Origin: the human T2T-CHM13v2.0 reference genome, Homo sapiens
Direction: 5' to 3' (one strand)
DNA length: 64,000 nucleotides
NCBI RefSeq assembly: GCF_009914755.1
Contig: NC_060937.1
Below are positions 29,939-42,696 of this stretch, piece after piece. The notes beneath the pieces are model-generated. The model ran no database searches and was not told the origin of the DNA. It was given only the letters and a program-made list of their open reading frames with translations. Position 1 is the first letter of the stretch. Every line of letters begins with the position of its first letter. The position numbers and the translations under genes are program-made.

Positions 29939-30514
29939 TAGCTTTGTTCTTTTTGCTTAGGATTGTCTTCGCTATTCGAGCTCTTTTTAGTTCCACACGA
30001 CGTTTAAAATAGCTTTTTCTAATTCTGTGAAGAATGCCAGTGGTAGTTTAATGGGAATAGCATCGACTCTATGAATTGCTTTGGGAAGTATGACCATTTT
30101 TATAATATTTATTCTTTCTATCCAACATTTTTTCTTTCATTTCAACCTTGGAAAATCTGATAATTATGTCTCTTGGGGAGGATCTTCTCATGCAGCATCT
30201 TACTGGGGTTCTCTGGATTTCCCGAATTTGAACGTTGGCCTGTCTTGCTAGCTTGGGGAAGTTCTCCAGGATGATATTCTGAAGTATGTTTTCCAAATTG
30301 GTTTTATTCTCCTCATCTCTTTCAGGTACACCAATAAGTTGTAGACTCAGTATCTTTACATAATCCCATATTTCTCAGAGGTTTTGTTCATTCATTTTTA
30401 TTTTTTTCTCTATTCTTGTCTGCCTGTCTTATTTTAAAAAGAGAGTCTTCAAGCTCCAAGGTTCTTTCCTCCTCTTGGTCTATTCTGCTATTAATACTTG
30501 TGATTACACTGTGA

Positions 30515-30630
30515 ATTGCTTGAACCCAGGAGGCGGAGGTCACAGTGAGCCAAGATTGCACCACTGCACTCCAGACTGGGCAACAGAGTAAGACCCTGTC
30601 TCAATAAATAAATAAATAAATAAATAAATA
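30515..30630 (+). mobile_element. Alu right-arm fragment with (TAAA)n tail
   Basis: attgcttgaacccaggaggcggaggtcacagtgagccaagattgcaccactgcactccag ... (taaa)n. Confidence 0.92.
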
Positions 30631-31239
30631 GTTGTTTAGAGAAAACTAGGAATTAAAGGCTATTGAGAGAGAGAGGAGAGAAAGAGAGTGCTCTTTTATT
30701 TCTTCTTTTAGTCCCTCTGGCCCATGAATTCTCAACAGTGGTAATATCACTTCCAAAGGAACAATTGGTTCTTGGAAGGGAGACGGCAATAAAATCTTAA
30801 ATTTTGCAATAATTTTGGCACTCCAAAGCTCAAGCCTACCTGAAAAAAAATCATATTTATCAGTATTTAGTTTCATAAGGAGAGAGATAATTAGGAAAGG
30901 ACATCTAACATGGCTCCTTAGGAGGATGATAATGAAAAAAAAGTTGAAAAATACTATTGTAGACCCATATTTAGTTAACAACAATTATTGAGCATTATTT
31001 AAATATACCAAGCACACTCCTAGGCAATAAAGCAGTAAAAATTCTGTCTCACTGGAAGCATCATGTTCCAGAAGACATCTCAGCATCTTTTAGATAGCTT
31101 TAATATTTTCTGAAGCAAGTTTGACTAGATGCTCTTATTTGAAAGCAAATTCTTGCTAAGGCAATGAGCCATCCTTCCAGCCAAGCAGGAAGACATTTAA
31201 TCTGATGTTACATGTAGCTTCTTTGACTCCGACGAGTAC

Positions 31240-31460
31240 AGCAACAAGTTATTAAACACTCTCTACATGTCAGATAATTAATGTAAATTACTTTCAACCT
31301 CGGCCAAAAGTCACGAGCTAGGTATGCTTTTTTACTATTTTAAAGGTGAGGAAATTGAGATTCAAGGAGTCTAACTTGTATAAGACTTCACAGCTAAGAA
31401 ATGAAGGAACTGAAATTTTTCACTAGTACTATCTGGTTCTAAAACAATGCTTTTTATACG
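31240..31460 (-). mobile_element. MIR SINE
   Basis: ttttaaaggtgaggaaattgagattcaagg...taacttgtataagacttcacagctaag, the MIR core. Confidence 0.7.
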
Positions 31461-31926
31461 ATACCATGCTGCTGATTTGCATGCCTAAGCACTGCGCAAA
31501 AAAAAAAAAAAACCTTTCTAGTTTTTGTCATCTCCTCTGAAGTTTTGATGAGTCATTAAATTCCTCTGAGTTTTAGTTATCTCATATATAAAATCTGGAA
31601 AATAATGTCAAAATAAGGTAGATGATTTCTTAACCTAAAATTATTGTTCACTTCTTATGGGTCTGTCATACAACCGAACAATTAGAGCATAAGAGACCTC
31701 ATCAACATGAGAGACCTCCTCAAGGTAATACCATTCATAGGAATGTCAGCTTGTAATTTAAGATGTTCATCTCTAAAAAAGAAGTCCAGTATTCTGACTT
31801 CAACTGTAGAAGTTTATTACTAGTATTTTTTTTTCCTAATAGAAATAGGACTCATTGGCTCTTGTATGATATGGAGAATTGTTTCATAAATCTTGCATAG
31901 TTATAGATTTTTTCCATGAGACACTA

Positions 31927-32005
31927 TTAGGCTGGTGCAAAAGTAATCTCAGTTTTTGTCATTTAAAGTGATGGCAAAATTGCAATTACTTTTGCACCAA
32001 CCTAA
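31927..32005. mobile_element. MADE1 (Hsmar1-derived MITE)
   Basis: ttaggctggtgcaaaagtaat...attacttttgcaccaacctaa terminal inverted repeats, 79 bp, with a TA duplication on both sides. Confidence 0.95.
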
Positions 32006-32259
32006 TACTATACTTCATTTTTGACAATATCTAAATTATATTTTTAAAGATTATAGTTTTGCTTTTAAATAAAAAATAGAAAAGGTCAGCATACTATTTA
32101 ATTTTTATTTTTTTAAATATTTTTCCTTTCGTGCCTAGTCCCAAAGATCACCATACTATTTAAAGGAGACGGGGAAATGGATGATGGAGAAGAAAGCCTT
32201 TCTCTCTCCCCCAGTGTCTTTCTATCTCTTTTCCCATCTTTCTTTCCTTCTTTGTTAAT

Positions 32260-32455
32260 AAAAATACTAATCCTCACAGTGCCCTGTGAAGTACATTATT
32301 ATCTCTCTATGTAAAAATGACAAAATGAAGCGCAAAGACATTAAGACACAAAACACTAAGCAGCTAATGCCTTAATTAACAGAGTCAAGATTTATATGTG
32401 TGACTGTGTAACTCTACAGCCCATGCTTTTTTTCCCATGAAAACATACTGCCTCC
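32260..32455 (-). mobile_element. MIR SINE
   Basis: taatcctcacagtgccctgtgaagtacattattatct...aaatgacaaaatgaagcgcaaagacattaag. Confidence 0.6.
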
Positions 32456-33091
32456 TACAATTTCAATGTAAAATCCATTCCCCATAAAAAGAGGCTTTCC
32501 TCCATTAGCTCAACTTTTGTAACATCAATTCTTTATGAGAACTGAATTTATAATAATGAATTCCCTTCTATGCCTACATTTTCATTTCTTTTTTAGTTTT
32601 ATTAGGCCTCAAGCAAAGCAATTTATATTAAAGACAAAAGTACCCTTATGATGTTTCAGGACAAAGTCATTTATCTTAGGAAACACATAAGATAGTGCAG
32701 ACATTGCATATTTTAAATGAGCTCACAAATACAAATATAAGGGAAATTTTAAAGGGAAAAAAATGTGCCTTGATTGTATCAAGCCTTCTTTTGACCCACC
32801 TCCTTGCAGAAGTGGGAGGATCCTCCAATTGCTCACACATTCAGGCTCTGCAACATTCACCACAAGAGAAATGCTCTGCCTTCCATATTTCTTGTCTCAG
32901 AAGTATATGGTTATGTAACCAACAGCATAGAATATTGGAAATTCACATTCCTGTTATAAAACTCAAGTATGAATCAACCCTAATCCAACATATGTCTAAA
33001 ACCCAAATGAGACAACAGACAAGAACATATAGGAATCCCTTTCTCTAGGGTACAACTTCTTAAAGAGTGGTTCACCTGTATTATATTCATA

Positions 33092-33235
33092 TAGAGTGCT
33101 TCTCAAATAAAGAGGCAGATTCTCTAGTTTATCCCAATTTACTGAGTCAGAATCTCTGGGAACTTGGCCTGAGAATCCACTCTGGAATGAACAAGATCTG
33201 TAGGTGATTCTGATGCACATTCATCCACTCTAAGT
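33092..33235. mobile_element. MER5-type (hAT-Charlie) DNA element
   Basis: tactgagtcagaatctctggga...gagaatcc...aacaag...aggtgattctgatgcac. Confidence 0.75.
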
Positions 33236-33634
33236 TTCTGGTGTTTTCTTTTTATATGGCGTTAGGATTTATAGAAAGCAATACTCAGATTATATTAATT
33301 ATATAGAAATGGTATTAACTGAGTAGGAACTTATTATGTAGATTTATTTTATAAATCGTGTAGATTTAGGAAATATCTCCTAAAAACACTTCTTATTTCT
33401 CTTTTTATGAGCATCCTATGACAAATTTTTCCCTTAGTTTCATTTCTTAGAAAGTATCTAAAAGAAAAAATACAGTACATATGAATCACCAAAACATAGG
33501 TCAACTACTACTCTAGGTAGAGGAGATCTAAGACAGGTCCTCTTTTAATAATATATTATAGGCACACAAATGGTGCAAAGGAGTTAGAAAGTGTTTCTCC
33601 TGGCCTTGATCATCAAAAATGTCAAATTAAATTA

Positions 33635-35835
33635 CTGACTTCCAGTTTCATCTTCTACATAAAAAAGGCTTGAAAGCATAATTCCCATCCATGCAACAGG
33701 AAAAGGCTGGGCAGGCTTAAAATCAACCATCTTTTTTGACCCATCAGAGAACTGAGATTGCAGGACAAATTGCTCCACCAAAATTTAAGAAAGACAAACA
33801 CATCCAGAGAATCATACATAAGGCCTACTAGAGCAGAAGCTGCTGGCACAATAAACTGATAGAATTCCTTAAGTGGTAATTTAGACGAATTGCTGGAGAC
33901 TGGGTATAGACTAGTTTGAGAGTGAGAAACTTCTGGGGGACACATTGATAGGGGTGTCCTATAATTTTATAGCCTTTACTTCTAGGAATCAAAATTTCAT
34001 GATGAAGAACTGATACAAAATCCATGATTATCTCTGGCAAGGGGAGGAGAAGTGTAATCATTGTTATATACACTCCCAGCGCCTACTTCATAACGAACAC
34101 CTACTCTCAAGGGGAAAACATTTTGCCAGACCCTGTTCTAGCTGGAGGAAAAAAATTCATCACACTCCAGCTCCTTCTAGCTTTTCTGTCTCACGTAAGT
34201 GAGAGATACAGTCTAGGGTCAGGGTTTCAAGAAAATATATTAGAAGCACTGCAGCCGGAAACACCTATACCACCAGAGAAACACTTATAAACATCACAGG
34301 GTTTGGTTGGCCCTGATAAACAGACCCACTAAAAGACTTATATTTGATTATAAGATTAGACTACTTCTATTCCCCACATCTTACCACCAGGCCACCAGGG
34401 ATCCAGTATAGTAACAGCGGATAACAGCTGAGAGAACTGCGTGAGAGACTCTCTCTGAGAAGGAGTGCTTAGGAAAGCCCAAAGTCAGGATAGAAGACAA
34501 AAGCAAGGAGAACAGAGGAACTGGAAACCTATGGCAACTACAGCCACATTACAGCACCTATTTACAGCAAACATGAAAAACAAACAGCCAACTCTTAACA
34601 AGAATAACATAAATCCTCACACTAAAAGACCTGTTTATCTCAGTTCTTAATAGTCAACACCACATATCCAGCGTTCCACAAAAAAAAATACAAGACATGT
34701 CAAAAGGCAACAAAAAATACAAGCTAAAGAAACAAACACAAAAAAATCACACCCAGACTCAGATATAGCACAGATACTGGAATTCTCAAACAGAAAATGT
34801 AAAATAACTATGATTAATATGTTAAGAAATAGAGTAGAAAAAGTAGACAACCTATAAGAACAGATGGGTAAAATAAGCAAAGAGATGGAAACTCTAAAAA
34901 GCAAGCAAACAAAACAATGCAAAAAGGAAATGGCCAAAATAAAAAACATTGTAACAGATACAAGAAATGATTTGATGGGCTTCATAGTAGATTCAACACA
35001 GATGAGGAAAGAATTCATAAACTTGAAGACAGATCAATAGAAACCTTCCATGCCGAAATGCAAAGAGGGGGAAAAAATAATGAAAACAAAAACAAAAATC
35101 AGATCATCAAAGATGTGTGGGACTATTTCAAAAGGTATACCAGATAAGTAATTGGAATACCAGGATACCAGAAGAAGAAAGAGAACATAAAGCAGTGAAA
35201 ATACTTGAAGTAATGATGGCCGTGAATTTTCCAACATTAATGACAGACATCAAACCACAGGTCTAAGAAACTCAGAAAACAGCAATCTGGATAAACACAA
35301 AACAAATTAAAAACAACACCAACACATATCATATTTAAACTGCAGAAAGCCAAAGGCAAGGTAAAATATTGAAAGAAACCAAAGGGGAAAAAATACTTCA
35401 CCTGTGGAAGAACAAGATAAGAATTACTACCAACTTCTCCTTAGAAACCATACCAACAAACAATTTCAAGAACAAAAGGGATCTGAGAAGTTGGAAGAGA
35501 ATGGAGTGAAATACTAAAAGTGTTAAAATTGACCAGGCACGGTAGCCCACACCTCTAATCTCAGCACTTTGGAAGGCCGAGGCAGGAAGATTGCTTGAGT
35601 CCAGGAGTTCAAGACTAGTCTGGGCAACATAGGCTAGTTGCCCAGTTGTAAAACCAACCAACCAACCAACCAACCCTGTTTATTTTTTACAAAAGAATAT
35701 TGTATTAAAAATTTTAAAAGTGTTGAAAAAGACCAACAATCTAGAATTCTATACAATTCAACCATCTAGAAATCAGTGAAATGAAGAAGACATACTTTCT
35801 CAGAAAAACAAAAACTGAGAGTAATTATTACCTGC
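33635..35835 (+). mobile_element. Old L1M (L1MC/L1M4-like) 5' region and ORF1 remnant
   Basis: gacccatcagagaactgagattgcaggacaaattgc (L1M4-type 5' end). ORF1 remnants ccagactcagatatagcacagatactggaattctcaaacag and gtaattggaataccag. Confidence 0.8.
35531..35675 (+). mobile_element. FLAM / Alu left monomer with (ACCA)n tail
   Basis: gaccaggcacggtagcccacacctctaatctcagcactttggaaggccgaggc...ggagttcaagactagtctgggcaacat. Confidence 0.88.
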
Positions 35836-36359
35836 AAGTCTCCTCAACCACATGCAGCCTATGCCTCAGTCACATGAAGTGATTTTTTTAACATAACAAA
35901 TAATTCAACCTCTTTATTCATGCTGATTAGTTTTCTCAGAATATCTTTCAGCTTCCCAGTCTGCATGTCACATTTGACTTTCATATGTTTTAAGAAGTAT
36001 TTATTATTCTATGACAAAGCTCATATATCTTTTCCAGGCAAAATTAATCTTTCTCCGCTGTACCAGATGTGGAAGTGAATGCTAATGCCTACAAAATAAA
36101 GGAGGAACATTCCTAAAATGGCTTGAAAGTTTCTTACTGAGTGTTAGGAAATTTTACTCAATGAAATAAGAAAACAGAGAGGAGACAGACAGACATTAGG
36201 GGAGGAAGATGCCGAATTTTGCTTTAGTCATTCTAGGTTTGACGAGCCTACTAGACTTTTAAATGAAGAGGTCTAGCTCTTGGTAAATAAAGAAGTGCTA
36301 AAATTTGCCAGTGAAGTCGCATTGAGTTGATAATAGATATGTGGGGTAGATAAGCTCCA

Positions 36360-36360
36360 T

Positions 36361-36407
<47 letters not shown>

Positions 36408-36536
36408 TTTTTGAGACAGAGTCTTGGCTCAGTCGCCCAAGCTGGAGTACTGTGGCGCTATCTTGGCTCACTGCAACCTCCACCTCCCAGGTTCAAGCAA
36501 TTCTCCTGCCTCAGCCTCCTGAGTAGCTGGGATTAG
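36360..36536 (-). mobile_element. Alu right arm with (TTTA)n tail
   Basis: (ttta)n tttgagacagagtcttggctc ... gagtagctgggatta, then stops abruptly. Confidence 0.93.
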
Positions 36537-36550
36537 ATAAAGAGACAAAA

Positions 36551-36880
36551 GACCTGGTGCGGTGGCTCACGCCTGTAATCCCAGCACTTTGGGAGGCCAA
36601 GAGGGGCGGATCACTTGAAGTCAGGAGTTTCAGACCAGCCTGGCCAACATGGTGAAACCCCATGTCTACTAAAACTACAAAAATTAGCCGGGAGTTGTGG
36701 CGAGTGCCGGTAATCCCAGCTAATAGGGAGGCTGAGGCAGGAGGATTGCTTGAACCCTGGAAGCAGAAGTTGCTGAGATCACACCACTGCACTCCATCCC
36801 TGGGGGACAGAGAGAGACTCCATCTCAAAAAAAAAAAAAAAAAAAAGAAAAAAAGAAAAAGAAAGAGAAAGAAAGAGAAA
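36551..36880 (+). mobile_element. AluS full-length element
   Basis: gacctggtgcggtggctcacgcctgtaatcccagcactttgggagg ... gagactccatctc followed by an A-rich tail. Confidence 0.95.
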
Positions 36881-38911
36881 ATATAGGTCAAAAAATATAT
36901 AGAGCATACAAGGAAAGACTCTTAGAAAAAGAAAAAAATGGAGCAGTCAAGAGACAGTAACAACCCTAAAAATCAGTTTCTCACAGAAAACAACAAGAAA
37001 ATGTTTCAGAAAAGGTAAATTTGGTCAATGGTGTGAATATTGGACAGAGATAGGAGGTGAGGCTATGAGGAAGCTATTAGCTTGGCTCTTAGGAATATGA
37101 GACATCAAATTTTCCACCATTATAAATTGGCTTCTTTGGTGAGCTACAGCTCCCACGTTCTAAAGTAATTCTGATCAGCCTATGTGGTTAAAGTAAGATT
37201 TACTTCATCTCAGATTTCAGTCCTAAAGGTGTGACCCTGTCCACAGTGATTTATTCAGAAACAAGTACACAACCTGAGTTGAACCACGTATCCTGCATAT
37301 TATTGCAGTAGCTATCAGGAATGATGGTTTTTTATTCTCTTCTATTTGAAAGTGGCAAGGAAATTGCGATATGTTAGGAGACACTCTGCCACAGCATGAA
37401 GAAAGACCATGTGAGAGAGAATACATTTTAATCCCAAAGTACTCTTCAGTTTTGCAACTGGCTAGCTTTCTCTCTCTCTCTCTCCTTCTTTCTTTCTTTC
37501 TCTTTCCTTCCTTCTTTCCTGATCTCTATTTCTTTCTTTTTCTCATTTTTTGCTTTTAATCCACTTTCTACAGAGTGAATATGATTTCTGTCACTTGTTA
37601 CTGAAGTCATAAATAAAATAGATCATTGTAATTCAAGAGAAGAGTTTAAACAAAACGGCTGGAACAAAATTCACACGTGTCAATGAATGAATGAGGGTAG
37701 AAAAATGAAAGCATTAAATATACAGTACTCTAAAGACTTTGGGCAGTAAGTGGAAGAAATTATAAGGGGAAAGCAAGTGCCAGCATGTTACGGAGATTTT
37801 TTTAAGAACACTCTTTGTTTTCCTAAGAACAAAGCAATTTCAAGAACTAAAATGATCTGAGCACATTTTAAGGCTGGGGATAGAGAATAGAAAAAAAAGA
37901 GAATATAAGTGCAAGAATGAAAGAGATCTATGTCCTCACATTTATGTTGTTTTGAAATGCTGTATCTCAAGGTGGTAACTTCTGATAGAAAGTACTAGAA
38001 CTCTTTTCAGAGTGACAATCACCTGTCTCAATCTGATTCATGGAAACAATTTCACAAGTAAATGTGAATAGAAAAGAAAATTCAGGAAGAGAGAAAAGAT
38101 GTGAGATACTTTATAATATCAAACTATGACAACCAGTACATCATTTAAGGAGCCGTGTTCTAGTGTATGTTCAATGTGTATTTTTTGAGTCTTTAACTAG
38201 TGTTTTAATGCTAGAAATTTTTATTTAATATGTCATAGTTTTCACTCCAATGCCCAGCACGATGCTACAAACAGGTGTTTGTTTTAACTTTTTTTTGTGT
38301 ATGATCTGAAAGTGCAAACTATATGAATATATATTTTTAAGTTTGTACTATATAAAATACAATTATATTAAATTGAATAGTTAATAAAAGTCCTACATTT
38401 CAGTATAATGATAAAGTGATTAAAGCTTGTGGACATAAGCTTCCACATCAAACCTTTATAGTTATGTCCACCCTTATCTCTTATAAAGCTCTTTTACTGG
38501 ATCCTATTCTGAATGTAGAAATGCTACGTAGTAAGTTTGCTCAAGAGCTTCCTTCACAGAAACCTAAAATAGAATTTTGTTTTTGTTTCTGTTTGTGTAT
38601 GTGTGTGTGTTTTAAAAATACCAGCACAGAAACTGGCTCATAGCAGGTGTTCAAATATTGTCTTTTTTATGAATAAAATAATTAAAAGATTGAATATCAA
38701 TAATTAAATTACATGATCGTTTCTCTTGTTCCTTTTTTCTCAGTTTTTGAAAACTTCAAATACTGGTCCTATTCATGAATCATGTATGATTTATTCAGAG
38801 TGCAGTAAAGAAGAACGAAACATTTTCCATCATTAAGTGATACAGAATCTCACTATGCTGTCTTCATTCACAAATTCAAATTGGCTTGCTTCTATACTGT
38901 CTACACTTCTG

Positions 38912-39093
38912 ATATATATATATATATAAAACTATATATATAAAACTATATATATAACTATATATAAAACTATATATAACTATATATAAAACTATATATA
39001 TAACTATATATAAAACTATATATATAACTATATATAAAACTATATATATAACTATATATATAACTATATATATAACTATATATATATAGTTTT
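38912..39093. repeat. AT-rich minisatellite, unit approximately (A)AAC(TA)4-5
   Basis: Tandem aactatatatat(a) units running for ~180 bp. Confidence 0.95.
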
Positions 39094-39574
39094 ACATATT
39101 GCCTATTTATTTATCCCTTATTATTAATATTCTGACTTTCCAGGTTCCTAAATATCCATTTTCGATCAGAAAAGGCCTAGATATATATTTGCTACAAGAC
39201 AATGTGAATTAGGGAACCCAAAATGCTAGCTCCTGATCTACTTGGTAGCGCAGGTGCTGGAATGTGAAGTACACTGGGATGGGTTCTGGGTTCACAGCTA
39301 CAAAGTCCATGATCTCCTGTGTCATCAAATCCTCTCATTGTCTAGCCTCTTATCAATCAAATATTATTCTTTTCAGAAAGCTTACATATTAGGGCTTCCA
39401 TATGAAAAGGCAATCCAAGGCATGCTTTTAGGTAAATCACCATGTTTCAGACAGATTTCAAGTATATTTTTATTAGAAAACAGATTACTTTCTAACTATA
39501 AAAAAGTCTTCATTCCCTAACACAAAACAGTCTTCTTAACATACTTTTGAAAATTGGGATTTTCTTTCTCTATT

Positions 39575-39930
39575 GTTTATATAAATTTATGGGGTATAAG
39601 GGCAATTTTGTTACATATGTACTCGTCAAGTCAGGGATTTAGGGTCTCCATCAGATTGTACGCATTAAGTGATTTCTCATCACCCACCCCTCCCACCCTT
39701 CTGAGTCTCCAGTGTCTATCATTCCATGATCTACGTCCATGTGTACACCTTTGTAAGCACTCACCTATGAGTGAAAACATGGAATACTTGTCTTTCTGTA
39801 TCTGGCTTATTTCACTTAAGATAATGAGTTTCACTCCAATGGAATGAACTCCAATGCCTGTTGCTGCAAAAGACATGATTTTATTATTTTTATGGGTGAA
39901 TAGTATTCCATTGCATATATATACCACAGA
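39575..39930 (-). mobile_element. L1MA-like 3' end fragment
   Basis: ORF 39631-39927 (-) resembles the L1 ORF2 C-terminus (IMSFAAT...IILSEISQIQKDKYSMFSL). Confidence 0.85.
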
Positions 39931-40947
39931 AAATTGAGATATTCAATATAACCATTAAAATGCAAAATCAAATTGAATTAGATGTCCAATATGACATACG
40001 TGTTGCTTTGTCAAAATCACCTCAGTGTTTACGTTCATACTCACTTCTCAACTTGTTTTATGTTGCCAAAATAACCCTGCTACCAAAATCTAACAAGAAC
40101 ATTATAGGAAAGAGATGTTACTGACCAATATACTTTATGAACAAAGACAAAATTATCCTCTAGAAAATGTTACTAAATTGAATTCGGCAAAACACAAAAT
40201 GAATGTTACATCATGACCAACTGTAGGTTTTCCCAGGAATTAGATACTGATTTAATATTGAAAAATTAATATAATTCGCTATGTTTATAGAATTAAAAGG
40301 AAAAATTATCTAATCAGTTCAATGGAGGAAGAAAAAACATTTGACTAAAATCAACATCTATTCAGAAAAAACACTCTCAGCAAACTAGAAATTTTTAAAT
40401 GAGAATAGAAGGGAACGTTATCAATCTGATAAAACGTATCTGCAAAATATTTATAACTAATATCAAAATCAATGGTGAAATACTGAATGTTTTTCCCCGA
40501 AAATTGGGAACAAGGTGATAAGGTCCACCATCGACACTTTTATTTAATATTAAATAGGAGGTCTTAGTACCATAAAGAAAAAGATTGAATTTCAGGAAAG
40601 GAATAAAAATAACGAAAAAGAAATAAAAGGCACATAGAACATAAAGTAAGAAGTAAAATTATTTTTCCCCAAGAACATAATGTTTATATAAAAATCCCAA
40701 AGAATCTACCAAAAAAAAACCCCATAAAACTAATATCTAAATTCAGCTAAATCATGGTATACAGACTCAATATACAAAAAGCAATTATATTCTTATATCC
40801 TGGCAACATTTGAAAATTAAAGTTAAATAATAAAATATAAAATAATATCAAAAGCAAAATATTTAGAAATACATTTAACAAAAAGATGAAAGATCGTCAT
40901 AATAAAAACTATAAAATATTCTGAAACTCTAAAATATTTAAATATAA

Positions 40948-41296
<349 letters not shown>

Positions 41297-42381
41297 AACT
41301 CAGTATTATTAAGATACAATTTCTTCTCCTACATCCCTCTAAAGACTACACAATCCCACTGAAAATGCCAGTTGGATATTTGTTGAAATTTCCAAGTCGA
41401 TGTTAAAATGCACATGGACAGAATCAAGACTTAGAATAGGCAAAGCAATCTTGAAAAATAAAAAGAAGAAAGCTGCAGTACTTATAACACTTCATATTTG
41501 GAATTACTGTAAAGCTATAATAATCAAGACTATAATAATCAAGACAGTGTATCATTGGCATAGGGATATATACAGCAAAAAGGAATAGGATAGAGAGTCT
41601 ACAAGTAGAACTATACATGTACAGTAAATTGGTCTTTGACCATGTTGCCAACATAATACAATGGGGAAAGAATGATATTTTTTCTTTTTGTTCATTTTTA
41701 AAAATGGTGCTAGAACAATTAGATCCCTCTTTGAGAAAAACATTAACTTCAACCCTAGCCTTACACCACCCACAAAAGTGACCCTGAGATTGATTACAGG
41801 CCAAAATGTAAAAGCTAAAACTATTAGGCTTCTAAGAGGAAATATAAGAGAGCATATTTGTGACCTTGGACTATGTAAAGATTTCTTATACTAGATTTTA
41901 AAAAAGGACTAATCATAAGAAAAGAAAAAATGGACTTTATAAAAGATATATGCTCTTAAAGACTTAAAAAATGAATAAGCAAGCCAAAAGTATAAGAAAA
42001 TATTTGTAAGACATATATCTGTGGAATTCTTACAACTCAATAATAAAAATACAAATAACACAATAAGAAAATAGGCAAAAGATTTGAATGGACATTTCCC
42101 AAAAGTGGATATGTAATTGACCAACAAGCACATGAAAAAAGTGCTCAATATTATAAGGCATCCTGGAAATGCAAATTAAAACCACCATGAGTTACTACTA
42201 CACAACCAGTAGAATGGCTATTTTTAAAATGACAACATTGTTTACAAAGGAAGGGAACGATTAGAACTTCAGACATTGCTGATGGGACTGAAAAATAGTA
42301 CCACGACTTTGGAAATCTCTGTCACAGTTTCTTTTAAAGTCAAATGTACAACTACCCAGCAATTCCTCTACTAAAAATTTA

Positions 42382-42696
<315 letters not shown>

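Larger units (their letters stand above)
27590..30515 (-). mobile_element. L1PA (about L1PA11-13) element: 3'UTR and 3' ORF2 joined to an ORF1 piece; interrupted by a templated insert, an Alu and an LTR
   Basis: Reverse 3' end ggggtacatgtgcaggatgtgtaggtttggtacataggtaaa. ORF2 C-terminus in ORF 27791-28021 (AAIKRNEIMFFAGTWMELETIILSKL). ORF1 peptide ENFPKLARQANVQIREIQRTP in ORF 30069-30296. Confidence 0.93.

Noticed and set aside
31692-31723. Short direct repeats (gagacctc.tcaa twice; ttttgccaaag twice at ~54800)
   Set aside because: These are ordinary slippage duplications.
38912-39093. Regularly spaced repeats as a CRISPR-like array
   Set aside because: There are no unique spacers; it is a simple AT-rich minisatellite in a primate genome.
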